Source: Chlamydiales bacterium (GTDB lineage: Bacteria > Chlamydiota > Chlamydiia > Chlamydiales > FEN-1388). From it: DNA of 64,000 bases. The position numbers were made by a program, and so were the translations under genes. This document shows positions 1 to 9,582 of the stretch, piece after piece; position 1 is the first letter of the stretch; each line of letters opens with the position of its first letter. The notes below the pieces were generated by a model. The model saw only the letters and a program-made list of their open reading frames with translations. It was not told where the DNA came from and ran no database searches. The stretch lies in the NCBI GenBank assembly GCA_041737255.1, contig JBGSSB010000092.1, positions 12,425-76,424 on the forward strand. The letters run 5' to 3'.

Positions 1-9
1 TAGGTCGTA

Positions 10-1113
10 ATGCACCTTGACTTTGGCATCTTTATTTTACTGCTGGCGCTCCTTGTTTTAGGATATTGGTTTAATTTGAAAAGGGCGGCGCAGTTTCCTG
101 CCCTTCCCGTAAGTATTATGGAGCCTTTTATACAAAAAAGGGGCTGGCGCGTATATCTATCGCAGCTATCAGCATGGTCTTTTTGGTTAGCTATGTTCTT
201 TTTGGTTGTGGCTATGTCTAATCCAAGAAAAGTAGAAGATATAGGCCGTCCTCATTCCTTAGTTAAAAGCGAAGTTCCTCGTAGTGGTGTGGCGCTATAT
301 TTTGTTCTTGATGAATCAGGGTCTATGAGCGAAAAAGTTCCTTCCTATAATGATCGAGGCTCGCGAATAGAACTTGCAAAAATTGACCTTGCAAAACAGG
401 CCATTATGGAATTTGTTGAAGGCAACACGGCTCTAAGCTTGCCAGGAAGAAAAAATGACCTTGTAGGGCTTATATCGTTTGCAAGGGTTCCCGAGGTTCT
501 GTGTCCGCTAACATTAGATCGTGTAGAAATAGCAACAAAGCTTGAGTCTGTGTCTCCTATTAAAGATGATAACAGAAATGGTACAGCAATAGGCTATGCG
601 ATCTTTAAGGCTGTAAATATTATTGTCGCAACAAAGCATTTTGCTGATAGACAAGAAGAGGCCCATAAAGGTGTCTACAGTATAAAAAACCAAGCAATAA
701 TTGTGATAACAGATGGCTTGCAAAGTCCAAATCCAGCGGATCGAGATAACCCTTTTCGCTTTATGCCTGCCGAAGAGGCGATCGGTTATGCCAATGACAA
801 TGGCATCCGTGTATTTTATATTGGTATAGACCCTATTTTGGCAAAAAGTGATTATGCTGCCGATATAAGCGATATGAAAAAAGTGATGAAAGCAGGTGGG
901 GGAGACCTCTTTTTAGCGACGGGCCAAGCAACGATAGAGGATATTTTGTCTCAAATTGATACCCTAGAAAAAAGTGAACTTCCCCCTCAGTCTGTATTGC
1001 GAGAAAAACCTATTCGCGAAACATCGCTTGTTGGGGTTTTTGTGATGGCTGCAATGATAGCGCTAGCCGCTGGTGTTATGTTGGAAACTACTTTCGTGAG
1101 ATCTATTCCATGA
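10..1113 (+). CDS. batA: BatA-like von Willebrand factor A (VWA) membrane protein
   Basis: 367-aa ORF. N-terminal hydrophobic segments, VWA MIDAS motif in VALYFVLDESGSMS, and a C-terminal TM. Its stop overlaps the next VWA gene (ATGA at 1110-1113). BatB/C/D/E-like genes follow. Confidence 0.75.
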   Translation: MHLDFGIFILLLALLVLGYWFNLKRAAQFPALPVSIMEPFIQKRGWRVYLSQLSAWSFWLAMFFLVVAMSNPRKVEDIGRPHSLVKSEVPRSGVALYFVLDESGSMSEKVPSYNDRGSRIELAKIDLAKQAIMEFVEGNTALSLPGRKNDLVGLISFARVPEVLCPLTLDRVEIATKLESVSPIKDDNRNGTAIGYAIFKAVNIIVATKHFADRQEEAHKGVYSIKNQAIIVITDGLQSPNPADRDNPFRFMPAEEAIGYANDNGIRVFYIGIDPILAKSDYAADISDMKKVMKAGGGDLFLATGQATIEDILSQIDTLEKSELPPQSVLREKPIRETSLVGVFVMAAMIALAAGVMLETTFVRSIP

Positions 1114-2192
1114 ATGCTTTTGAGGGTTATTTACTGATTTTTGCATTTGTCATAGCACTTCAGTACTACCGCCTTGCTATGTATAAAAAATCTAAAACCC
1201 AAGAGTACGTGTTAGAGAAGAATTTTCCTCGGAGTGTTCCCCAGCGTAGTTATTTTTCATTTTTGATCCGAAGTTTATGTCTAGTGGCTGCATGGGTACT
1301 TCTTACTATAGCCGTAGCTAGACTGTATGAAAAGCCAGATGCTGTACAAAAAGGACCTCAGCTTCAATCTAAAATGTTGCAAGGCAAGGAGTTTCTTCCA
1401 AAAATTGATGAAGTTGCTTTTGTGCTGGATGTCTCAAGTTCAATGAATGCAAAAGATTCATCAGGTGGTATCGCGCGCCTTATAAAGGCAAAAGAGATAA
1501 TTTCCACGATGATGGAAGATTTGGGGGGTATTAATGCTTCGCTTATAGGGTTTGCTGGAAATACCCAAACGATTGTCCCTGGCACCTTAGATTATTTGTA
1601 CTTTCGTATTCTTCTGGATGCTGTTGGAGTAAATGAAACTGCGCAGGCGGGAACCAATCTTTTGGCTATGGTGGATGCTATTAAAGCAAAGTACGTCGAT
1701 AGCCCTTACCGAAAATCTGTACTCGTTGTGCTGTTGACAGATGGTGAAGATACGGGATTTTTGGCAATGGATGACTCTGCCAAAAAACAGGCAGAAATAG
1801 CGTTGCTTGATCTAGTGTCAGCCACGGTTTCTGATGAGCTAAGATGGGAAGTTGTAGGTCTTGGAAGTAGAGCTGGTGCCGAAGTGCCGGGGGTTATGTA
1901 TGAGTCAAGGCCTGTGATATCTCAGATGAGACAAGATTTACTCCAAAGTATGGCACAGGCTGCAAGGGGTCATTTTTATGGTGAAATTGATGTGCCAGTT
2001 ACAGAAATTTGTGACGATTTACTTGCTGATATTGCTGGCTCCAACCAGGCGTATGCTGCAGGCGCCGATAGAGCTGTAAGTAGCTACGCTCCTGCTACGG
2101 GCAACGATATCCTATTTCTACTGGCAATTTCCGGATTGCTGCTTTTTGCAGCCGTCACGCTTCCGCAATATCAAAAAAAGGTGGCGGTATGA
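1110..2192 (+). CDS. batB: BatB-like VWA membrane protein
   Basis: 360-aa ORF. N-terminal TMs, MIDAS motif VAFVLDVSSSMN, VLLTDGED motif and a C-terminal TM. Start and stop overlap both neighbours. Confidence 0.75.
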   Translation: MNAFEGYLLIFAFVIALQYYRLAMYKKSKTQEYVLEKNFPRSVPQRSYFSFLIRSLCLVAAWVLLTIAVARLYEKPDAVQKGPQLQSKMLQGKEFLPKIDEVAFVLDVSSSMNAKDSSGGIARLIKAKEIISTMMEDLGGINASLIGFAGNTQTIVPGTLDYLYFRILLDAVGVNETAQAGTNLLAMVDAIKAKYVDSPYRKSVLVVLLTDGEDTGFLAMDDSAKKQAEIALLDLVSATVSDELRWEVVGLGSRAGAEVPGVMYESRPVISQMRQDLLQSMAQAARGHFYGEIDVPVTEICDDLLADIAGSNQAYAAGADRAVSSYAPATGNDILFLLAISGLLLFAAVTLPQYQKKVAV

Positions 2193-4420
2193 TCGCACTC
2201 TTCGTGGTAGGTATCCTCTTTTTTGCGCCGCCACTTGCGGCAAATGATGTCGTGGCACAAAAGATTGATGCAGCCATACAGTTTGCCAATGCCGGCCGCG
2301 ACGATTTGGCCTTACAGCTACTTCAAAAAGTTTTGCAGACAAAGCTTACCTCCGTTGAAAAGGCTGGTGTCCTTTACAATATTGCTGTTGTCTTTGCTAG
2401 GGGTGACAGGTATTGGGAGGCCATGACGGCACTTAACCAGATCGATGATGCTATGTTTGATAAGGTGTTGGAGATAACTCCCATTGAAGCTGTTCAGATT
2501 GCTTATAACGGAGCTCTTTGTTCTGTTGCTTTTGCCAAAAACCAGATAGGGCAGCTTGCCAGTGGCAATAGCTACACCCAAAACGACCTTGATCATATCT
2601 CTCAGGCGCTTGCTTCGGCAATTCAGTATAATACAAAGCTTGATGAGCTGTTTAAAAACAAGGCTCTTTTAGATATTCCAAGAGAGCCTTTTCTTGCGCG
2701 TATTGGTGTCGAAGAAGAGATTGCAAATATAACGGTGTCGTTAAAAAAACTTCAGGAGCGTCTGTCAGTAGAGCGTCTTGATAAGACGGCTCTTCTTGAG
2801 GAGTTAGGGGCTTCTTTGCAGGAGCAGTTTTTTTCTTTACTCGGAATTTATTTATCAGAGAGTTTTGATGAGCAAGCTGTTGGGCTTTATATGCAGGCGC
2901 AGCAACAAAAAAGCTTTACGAAAATTTCTCTAGCCATTGATCGGCTACTTCAATTTTTGCAGGCACCAGGTAAAAAAAAGACAGTGAGTATGCAGCTGTT
3001 TTTACAAGAAGAAATCCAAAAACTTCAAGAGCAGCTTCGTTCTTCTTTTGTGAGTACAAATATTGTAGAGGCTTTGAGTACGCTAGATGAGCTTTCTTCT
3101 ATGGTGCTACTTGTACAAGCAGAGGTAGCAAAGAGGGAAATTGTGGCACTTCTTGATGGCAGAACTGAGGTTGCTATGGAGTATTTGTTGGCTAAAAGAT
3201 CTCAAAAACTTTTGTCGTTTTGGCAAGATCAATGGCAAGTACGTGAGCAGTTTGTTTTGAGATTTCTTACAAAAAAAGCCTCAACTTTACTCGAACCAGA
3301 CTCAAAACTGGTTTTGCTTTTACAAAAAAAAATAGATGCGGAGCAAAATAAAGCCCCTTCTGTACAAGTCACAGTAGATGATGCCTTTTATTGGAAAATA
3401 CTCTCTCAAAAGGAAAATAAAACCTACCTTGATCTTGCGATGAGCCTTCATGGGATAGCAAAGGTCGATTATGTTGTACTGAAGAAAATTGTAAATGCCC
3501 TGCTTGATCGTGTCGACGTGTTGCAGCAAGAAGAGGCAAAAGCGCCTCTTATTGATATGCTAACCATGCAATCGCCTCTTTTGCTTTTTCAAGATGCTGT
3601 TGAAAGCTGGTTTTATGTAGATTCAAAAGCGGCATTGTCGTTTATGTTTGACACGCTTATCGCTGAATGCAGTCAGCTGCAGTTAAATCCTACAATGGAT
3701 AGTTTTCTTGCTCGCACCGACTATCATCTTGTTATGCATCTTGTGGGGATATTGATAAAAGAGGGTGATTTGGTCGATGTTGCTGAAGTATATGATGATC
3801 TTATGAAAAAAATTTCTTGGTTTTCGACAAGAGAAAAAAAAGATTTTGACTTTTTCACTATGAATCTTCAGCTTAGCTGGTTGAAAGAGAAGCTTGTGGG
3901 GCAAACCAAAAACCTTGAGGGTATTACAGCAGCTGTAGATTTTGCCGTAGAGTTTCAAAAAAAAACCATGTCACTTGTTCGCTACAGCAAAGACACATCG
4001 TTTCAACAAACGTTGAATCTCTTGTCACAGATGCAGCAGCAGCTTACCCATAAAGTAGCAGATGCCCTGGACAAGCTTGATACAAAGGGCCCTAAAATTA
4101 AACAGGTAATAACTCTTGTTGCCCAGGCTGAAGAAAATACCAAGAGACAAAATAAAGAGCTTGCAAGCATGCAGGCTGTGCTTAATGACCTTCAAAAGGC
4201 CAGTGAAATTCTCCACAGTATGAAATCGAAAAGCGAGGATGAGTCAGAGTCGTCAAAGGCATCGCCACAGCTTGAGGGTGGCGCATCAGAACAGATGGAA
4301 AAACAAGCCTTAAAGCTTGCCCCTGAGTTATCTATCCGCCTCTTACAAGAAATGGAGCGTCAGGATAAAAGCCTAAAAACACAAAACATCCCACAAGCTT
4401 CAGGGCTAAGACCTTGGTGA
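2189..4420 (+). CDS. Secreted TPR-like/all-helical protein in the BatC position (unusually long)
   Basis: 743-aa ORF. Signal-like N-terminus MIALFVVGILFFAPPLAAND and a TPR-like N-terminal segment, followed by a long helical, Q/E/K/L-rich body. Translationally coupled to batB. Confidence 0.55.
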   Translation: MIALFVVGILFFAPPLAANDVVAQKIDAAIQFANAGRDDLALQLLQKVLQTKLTSVEKAGVLYNIAVVFARGDRYWEAMTALNQIDDAMFDKVLEITPIEAVQIAYNGALCSVAFAKNQIGQLASGNSYTQNDLDHISQALASAIQYNTKLDELFKNKALLDIPREPFLARIGVEEEIANITVSLKKLQERLSVERLDKTALLEELGASLQEQFFSLLGIYLSESFDEQAVGLYMQAQQQKSFTKISLAIDRLLQFLQAPGKKKTVSMQLFLQEEIQKLQEQLRSSFVSTNIVEALSTLDELSSMVLLVQAEVAKREIVALLDGRTEVAMEYLLAKRSQKLLSFWQDQWQVREQFVLRFLTKKASTLLEPDSKLVLLLQKKIDAEQNKAPSVQVTVDDAFYWKILSQKENKTYLDLAMSLHGIAKVDYVVLKKIVNALLDRVDVLQQEEAKAPLIDMLTMQSPLLLFQDAVESWFYVDSKAALSFMFDTLIAECSQLQLNPTMDSFLARTDYHLVMHLVGILIKEGDLVDVAEVYDDLMKKISWFSTREKKDFDFFTMNLQLSWLKEKLVGQTKNLEGITAAVDFAVEFQKKTMSLVRYSKDTSFQQTLNLLSQMQQQLTHKVADALDKLDTKGPKIKQVITLVAQAEENTKRQNKELASMQAVLNDLQKASEILHSMKSKSEDESESSKASPQLEGGASEQMEKQALKLAPELSIRLLQEMERQDKSLKTQNIPQASGLRPW

Positions 4421-4475
4421 TAGGGTGCATTTTAGGGGATTCTTGTTCACTGGAGAAGAGGGTTGATACTATCAA

Positions 4476-4504
4476 TTGACACAAAGCCAAGAACTTTTTA
4501 TACA
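4476..4504 (+). promoter_or_regulatory. Candidate sigma70-type promoter upstream of the batD-like gene
   Basis: TTGACA (4476-4481), a 17-nt spacer, then TATACA (4499-4504). It lies about 40 nt upstream of the GTG start at 4545. Confidence 0.3.
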
Positions 4505-4544
4505 TGTGCTAAAGATCGAGTTTGAGCAATAGGGATATACCGTA

Positions 4545-6194
4545 GTGATTAACCAACTATACAGAGCCATTTTTTTCCTATTGATATGTTCTACAGCTAC
4601 CCTTTCAGCTGATGCTCCTGCTATGCCGGCAAAGATTATGGTACGGATGAGGTCTAGCCACAATAACACCGAAATTAAAGGTGATATTTCAATTGCTCGA
4701 TTGAGTTGGCAAGAGGTGGATGAAGCAAGCTTTACTATAGATGGGCAAACATTGCCGGTGAAAAAAGTTGCAGAAAGGTTGCCAGCCGGAAAGTCTGCGG
4801 TCGACAAAAACACGGTGGTAGTATCAGAGTATGCCTTCACTCTTCCCGGAAAGCCTCGTGGTCTTTATTTATTTCCTCCTGTGCGGGTTAAAGTAGGAGG
4901 CTCTTTTATTACTTCAGCACCTGTCTCTTTTGAAGTTTCGGGAGTTCAGATTTCAGATGAGCTGCAGCTAGAGGCGCAGGTAAAAGAAAAGGGGCCTTTT
5001 TATCCCGGAGAAAAAGTTACGTTTCAGTATTTAATATCCTTTCGCAATCCTATACAGCTTACTCGGGAAAAGCTGCCTTTACTTGAATTTCCTGGTTTTA
5101 GAACTGTCGGTGCTCCAAAAATTGAAAATATGCCTTACGGCGCAAATACCGTGCAGGTTATCTCGCAACAAGGAGTTGCTTTAAAACCTGGAACCTTTAG
5201 CTCGGGGCCTTCTTTTATTGAGGGCTATATGTATGGGCAAGATGCTTATGGAAACAACGCCGTATCGCAAACGCTTCTTCAGGCGCAGGCACCAGATATT
5301 CAGGTAGAAGTTCTGCCATTTCCAAAACAAGGACAACCAAGCTCTTTTAACGGGGCGTTGGGCATTTTTTATTGGAAAGTAAGAACTAAAGGATCTACAA
5401 ATATTGCTGTTGGGGAAAAAATTGTACTTGAGGTAACGGTTTCAGGAAGTGGAGACTATGACACAGTAAATTTTCCAGATCTTAGCCAACAAAAAGGGTT
5501 TAAAGATGTCTTTAGGCTAAGTGATTTGGCTCCGATTGGAGAGATGAAAGAGGGGCAAAAGCTCTTTACTGTAAACATAAGGCCGGTGGTAAGTGGGATA
5601 AAGCTTATTCCATCAATAGAGTTTTCATCTTTTGATACGAGTACAAAGACATATGTAGTAAGGCAGAGTGACCCTATATCAATCAGCGTGAAGCCTGGCA
5701 AAAAGTTTGAGAGGGATGATCCCTATATGGATGGCGCACCTCCTGCTGTTTGGCCCATAGAGGTTCAGGGAAATGTTGAATTAGAGGAGTCTGATGCTCG
5801 TGCAAGTCGCTTGCAAAACATTTTACTTGTTTATACTGCGCTTTTTTTGCTTGCCATTTTGGCAGCTCAGCATTTGTTTAAAAAAATGTGGCTCGATAGT
5901 CAAGCAAAAGGCGTAAGTAGTCGTGATATAATTCTTGATGCGATAAAACAAAAATCAAATCCTGACACCTGTTGTAAGCTCCTTCGTAGGGCATTGTTGC
6001 TGAGGTTGCATGAGGTTGGTATTACGCCGACAGCTTTTGAGCATCCTGAAGAGTTAAGCCCTGACGGCTTGCAAGGTGAAATACGTAGGTTACTTCTTTC
6101 GATTGAACAAAATCGATTTATGGGGCTAGAGACTCAGGTAGAGATAAAAGAGATTATCAACGAAGCTACGCAGCTCTACTATAGGATGAAATAA
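4545..6194 (+). CDS. batD: BatD-like (oxygen-tolerance family) membrane-anchored protein
   Basis: 549-aa ORF with a GTG start, signal peptide (LLICSTATLSADA), a large beta-rich ectodomain and a single C-terminal TM (ILLVYTALFLLAILAA). Its position between the BatC-like and BatE-like genes matches the bat operon architecture. Confidence 0.55.
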   Translation: MINQLYRAIFFLLICSTATLSADAPAMPAKIMVRMRSSHNNTEIKGDISIARLSWQEVDEASFTIDGQTLPVKKVAERLPAGKSAVDKNTVVVSEYAFTLPGKPRGLYLFPPVRVKVGGSFITSAPVSFEVSGVQISDELQLEAQVKEKGPFYPGEKVTFQYLISFRNPIQLTREKLPLLEFPGFRTVGAPKIENMPYGANTVQVISQQGVALKPGTFSSGPSFIEGYMYGQDAYGNNAVSQTLLQAQAPDIQVEVLPFPKQGQPSSFNGALGIFYWKVRTKGSTNIAVGEKIVLEVTVSGSGDYDTVNFPDLSQQKGFKDVFRLSDLAPIGEMKEGQKLFTVNIRPVVSGIKLIPSIEFSSFDTSTKTYVVRQSDPISISVKPGKKFERDDPYMDGAPPAVWPIEVQGNVELEESDARASRLQNILLVYTALFLLAILAAQHLFKKMWLDSQAKGVSSRDIILDAIKQKSNPDTCCKLLRRALLLRLHEVGITPTAFEHPEELSPDGLQGEIRRLLLSIEQNRFMGLETQVEIKEIINEATQLYYRMK

Positions 6195-6943
6195 TGGTAA
6201 AGAAATGGTTATTTATTCTTCTGGTGCTGCCTCTTTTGCTTGGAGCCGAAGATCATGCCTATTTGAAGTACAGAGAAGGTGAGCGCGCATCGAATCCTGT
6301 TGAGAGAAGAGAGGCCTTTAACGAAGCTTTGTTCCTTTATTTGCGAATGGAACCAGATAGTCCCTCTGCTGAGCTTTGCTTTGATATAGCCAACACCTAC
6401 TACCAACTTAATGAGTTTGGCTATGCAGTTTTGTACTACAATAAAGCCTTAAAGGAAAATCCTCGTTTTGAGCAAGCCCGAGACAACCTTCAAATAGCTT
6501 TGCATAAAATTAATATGCCATCAGACAAGCCTGGTTTTTTGCAAAACTATCTGCTTTTTCCTCACTATATGATGTCACACAATGAAAAAGCAATTACTGT
6601 GCTTTTATTGCTTTTCTTTGCTTTTGGGCTTTTATCTGTGCACATATGGGTCCCTCAGGATTTTATTAAAAAAGTAGCTTACGTAGCCTTGTGGGTTGCA
6701 TTATTGTTTTTTACAAGCATAATGTGGGCTGATTATTTTACTTCTCCACGAGCGATTGTTGTTAGGCCTGTTGCATTGAGACGAGATGCTGGCAATGAGT
6801 ATGCTCCTGTTGTGGGTCCTCCCGCTCTAGTGGGAACTAAACTTATTGTGCAGGGGGTAGAGTCAGATGGAAACTGGCTTAAAGTGAGAACAAGCTCTGG
6901 CGAAGAGGGGTATATATCAAAAGAGCATGCACGGGTTATCTGA
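6194..6943 (+). CDS. batE: BatE-like TPR + SH3b membrane protein
   Basis: 249 aa. Signal sequence, TPR-like segment (CFDIANTYYQLNEFGYAVLYYNKALKENP), two TMs and a C-terminal SH3b-like segment (GNWLKVRTSSGEEGYISKEHARVI). Overlaps the batD stop by 1 nt. Confidence 0.6.
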   Translation: MVKKWLFILLVLPLLLGAEDHAYLKYREGERASNPVERREAFNEALFLYLRMEPDSPSAELCFDIANTYYQLNEFGYAVLYYNKALKENPRFEQARDNLQIALHKINMPSDKPGFLQNYLLFPHYMMSHNEKAITVLLLLFFAFGLLSVHIWVPQDFIKKVAYVALWVALLFFTSIMWADYFTSPRAIVVRPVALRRDAGNEYAPVVGPPALVGTKLIVQGVESDGNWLKVRTSSGEEGYISKEHARVI

Positions 6944-6965
6944 AGGTTTATTTCGAGGTAAAAAT

Positions 6966-8378
6966 ATGTTTCGTTATTTTTTTGTGCTGGGTGCCGTAGC
7001 TTCAAGTTTATTTTTGTCTGCGGACAACCAAACGGCTACAGTGAGTCCTGTTTTGCCTTCAGAGGATCTGCCTTTTACTATTGAAGTAACGCAGGCTGAT
7101 TTCATGTTACCTAGCGGGCTTCATTCTTTTGCTTCTGGAGTGTATGATGATAAATGGCTTTTGATTGCGGGCAGGATGAATGGACTGCATGGGTTTGGGT
7201 CGGGGAATAACAACTTTGCTCCAGATCAACAAAATACCCAGGTATATGTAGTAGATCATCACAAAAAGAAGGTATGGACTCGAGATTTACATGATACACA
7301 ATCGGGTTTTACTCAAGATATAATCGATACGCTTACTGTTACAAGTCCACAGTATTACCAATCTGGCAATACACTCTACATGTCAGGTGGGTATGGTGTT
7401 GATACGGCAACAGGTGAATTTTCTACAAAAAACACCTTGAGTGCAATAGACATTCCTGGACTAATAAATTGGGCCATGAATAAAACTGATCAGTTGGCGT
7501 CAAAATATATTCGGCAAACTTCTCATGAGTCCTTAAGAGTTACTGGTGGGGCAATGGCAAAGATTGGAAACAATTCGACATTGCTTGTTTTTGGACAAAA
7601 TTTTAAAGGGTACTACTTGCCGAATACCAATGGTGCGTATACGCAACAGGTAAGGCGTTTTTGCATAGAGGATGATGGCAAGACTCTTCGTGTGCGAATG
7701 AAAGAGCCAATACCAGCTACAGCCTATCCAAGCTTTCGTAGGCGTGATTTAAATGTTGTCCCTATTATGGAATGCCGTGAGGGGAAGTCAAAGCCCGCGC
7801 TTATGGCCTACTCTGGGGTGTTTACTCTTTCAGGTGGTACATGGACCTTGCCGGTCGTTATTAGGCCTGATGGGTTCTCTTCTATGGATGATCCAAGTGA
7901 TCCAGCTACATTCAAGCAGGCTATGAATAACTATGTCTCTGCAACTCTTGGTCTTTACTCAGAAAAACAAAAGGATATGTATACTTTGTTTTTTGGTGGT
8001 ATTAGCTTTGGCTATTTTAATGAGGGTCAGTTGCAGACCGATCCGGGGTTTCCATTTATTAATCAAATTACCACCATTAAGAGAAGTAAGGATAAAAAGC
8101 AGGCTCAGTATTTGATGGATGCAACCTATCCAACGATTCTTTCTCAGCAGTCAAACCCAGGAAATCCGCTGCTTTTTGGAGCGGGAGCAACATTTTTTCC
8201 AAAAACAAATGTACATTACTATAGTAATGGAGTGGTAAAGTTTGATCGCCTCAAAAAGAAAAAAATTCATATAGGGCATATCGTCGGTGGAATTCAAAGT
8301 ACCTTGCCAAATACCTCGAGTGAGTCAGATTCTGCGGGGTCGCCATATGTTTTTAAAGTGTATATAAAGCGGAAATAA
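6966..8378 (+). CDS. Secreted hypothetical protein, possibly a beta-propeller (Kelch-like repeats)
   Basis: The ORF track starts at 6927, but the ATG at 6966 gives a clean signal peptide, MFRYFFVLGAVASSLFLSADN. GG-containing beta-strand motifs recur (LYMSGGYG, TGGAMAKIG, LFFGGISFG, LLFGAGATF). Confidence 0.55.
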   Translation: MFRYFFVLGAVASSLFLSADNQTATVSPVLPSEDLPFTIEVTQADFMLPSGLHSFASGVYDDKWLLIAGRMNGLHGFGSGNNNFAPDQQNTQVYVVDHHKKKVWTRDLHDTQSGFTQDIIDTLTVTSPQYYQSGNTLYMSGGYGVDTATGEFSTKNTLSAIDIPGLINWAMNKTDQLASKYIRQTSHESLRVTGGAMAKIGNNSTLLVFGQNFKGYYLPNTNGAYTQQVRRFCIEDDGKTLRVRMKEPIPATAYPSFRRRDLNVVPIMECREGKSKPALMAYSGVFTLSGGTWTLPVVIRPDGFSSMDDPSDPATFKQAMNNYVSATLGLYSEKQKDMYTLFFGGISFGYFNEGQLQTDPGFPFINQITTIKRSKDKKQAQYLMDATYPTILSQQSNPGNPLLFGAGATFFPKTNVHYYSNGVVKFDRLKKKKIHIGHIVGGIQSTLPNTSSESDSAGSPYVFKVYIKRK

Positions 8379-8441
8379 TTTGAAGGTTAATTTTCAAAGA
8401 GGCACACTATTGACTGTAATTCTTTTAAGGGATGTAGATTA

Positions 8442-9419
8442 ATGATGGATATTTCGCCAAAAGCGCTTTATAACTCACTCCGAATGAGTTTTTTGCAAAA
8501 TCCTACTTTTTCAGTAGAGCGATGGAAGGTTGAAGATTATCGACAAATCCCAACTGAGGAGTTGTTTTCTCGTCTCCAAGCCTTTGATTTGATCTTAGAT
8601 CGTCATAGTTTTTTATCGTTTGCTGATGAATATGATAGCCCAGAAGAGCTGTTTGATCACATGATCTCAGATCGCGATGAAGTAGAGGAGGAGTGTGATG
8701 CTCTTTATCTGCTGTTATTTGAACTCTGGAGACGTCTGGCCTGTGAAAAAAAGTGCATTTCAATTATTTGTGACGAGCTCGATCATCAAATTTTTCTTTA
8801 CGACCAAGGGCAGCTTGCAAGTGTAGAGGCTCTAGAGAATGCTCTTTCTAGTTTTCATACCGCCTTAGAAGAAAATGTTGATCAGGGGCTTTCTCGAGAT
8901 CAAGTTTTTGAAGCTGTTTCGGAGTATCTTGCAAATGATTTTCAGTCATTCATGATAGATTACATAAGCGATCTTATCGAGCATCAGGATTATGCCTATT
9001 CTGAAGAGCTACTTGAGCAGTTTTCTCCCTATATGCCAGACAAGAAATGGTTTGATTTGTTCCTGGCCCGCATTATAGGATCAAAAGACATTAGAAAAGG
9101 CCATGAGCTTTTGGCAAAAATTTTTCGTCAACAGCAGGCAACACCTGATCTTCAGTTTAATTTGGATATCTTATCTTATTTAGCTAGCCTGCCTGATTAC
9201 GAGCTTTTACATCACGTTGTTATACGTAGCCTTGGCCTTGTCCAAGATGAAGAAGAGTTATTAGAGCTTTTGCACTTATCAAGCGATATCTGCCATGCGC
9301 TAGATATGCATGAAAAAGGTGATCTGCTTCAGGCTCTTTATGAAAACCGCAAGGCAAATGCTAAGCCTTTTTCGAAGGGCGATGATGATTTAATTCAGCT
9401 TGAAAAAATTCTTAAGTAA
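8442..9419 (+). CDS. Acidic helical hypothetical protein
   Basis: 325-aa ORF rich in D/E/L. I recognise no motif. Same direction as the bat cluster. Confidence 0.5.
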   Translation: MMDISPKALYNSLRMSFLQNPTFSVERWKVEDYRQIPTEELFSRLQAFDLILDRHSFLSFADEYDSPEELFDHMISDRDEVEEECDALYLLLFELWRRLACEKKCISIICDELDHQIFLYDQGQLASVEALENALSSFHTALEENVDQGLSRDQVFEAVSEYLANDFQSFMIDYISDLIEHQDYAYSEELLEQFSPYMPDKKWFDLFLARIIGSKDIRKGHELLAKIFRQQQATPDLQFNLDILSYLASLPDYELLHHVVIRSLGLVQDEEELLELLHLSSDICHALDMHEKGDLLQALYENRKANAKPFSKGDDDLIQLEKILK

Positions 9420-9469
9420 AAATCCTAGGTCCGTCAGTTCAAGGGCGGAGATGCTTCTATCAATATACG

Positions 9470-9522
9470 CTAGGCAATTTGTTTAAGCTTAAAGCCTAGC
9501 CAGTCGCAGGCTACAAAGTGGT
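9470..9522. repeat. Direct repeat copy A (53 bp, perfect) bracketing the ATPase cassette
   Basis: ctaggcaatttgtttaagcttaaagcctagccagtcgcaggctacaaagtggt is identical at 11372-11424. Confidence 0.95.
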
Positions 9523-9560
9523 GCTGACATCAATTTTGACCCCGTTTTTTTTGACTCTTT
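9470..9560 (-). pseudogene. Displaced relic of the 3' end of the metallophosphoesterase gene
   Basis: 9470-9522 is identical to 11372-11424, which is the last 50 coding nt plus the TAG stop of the gene at 11372-12112. Similarity continues after an 11-12 nt indel that breaks the frame (aaaaacggggtc against aaaaacggtgtc). Confidence 0.7.
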
Positions 9561-9582
9561 AATATTACCCGGTAATCAACAT

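Noticed and set aside
4472-4840. 122-aa minus-strand ORF overlapping the batD-like start region
   Set aside because: It is antisense to a well-supported gene with a signal peptide, has no recognisable motif or ribosome-binding site, and looks like a typical shadow ORF.
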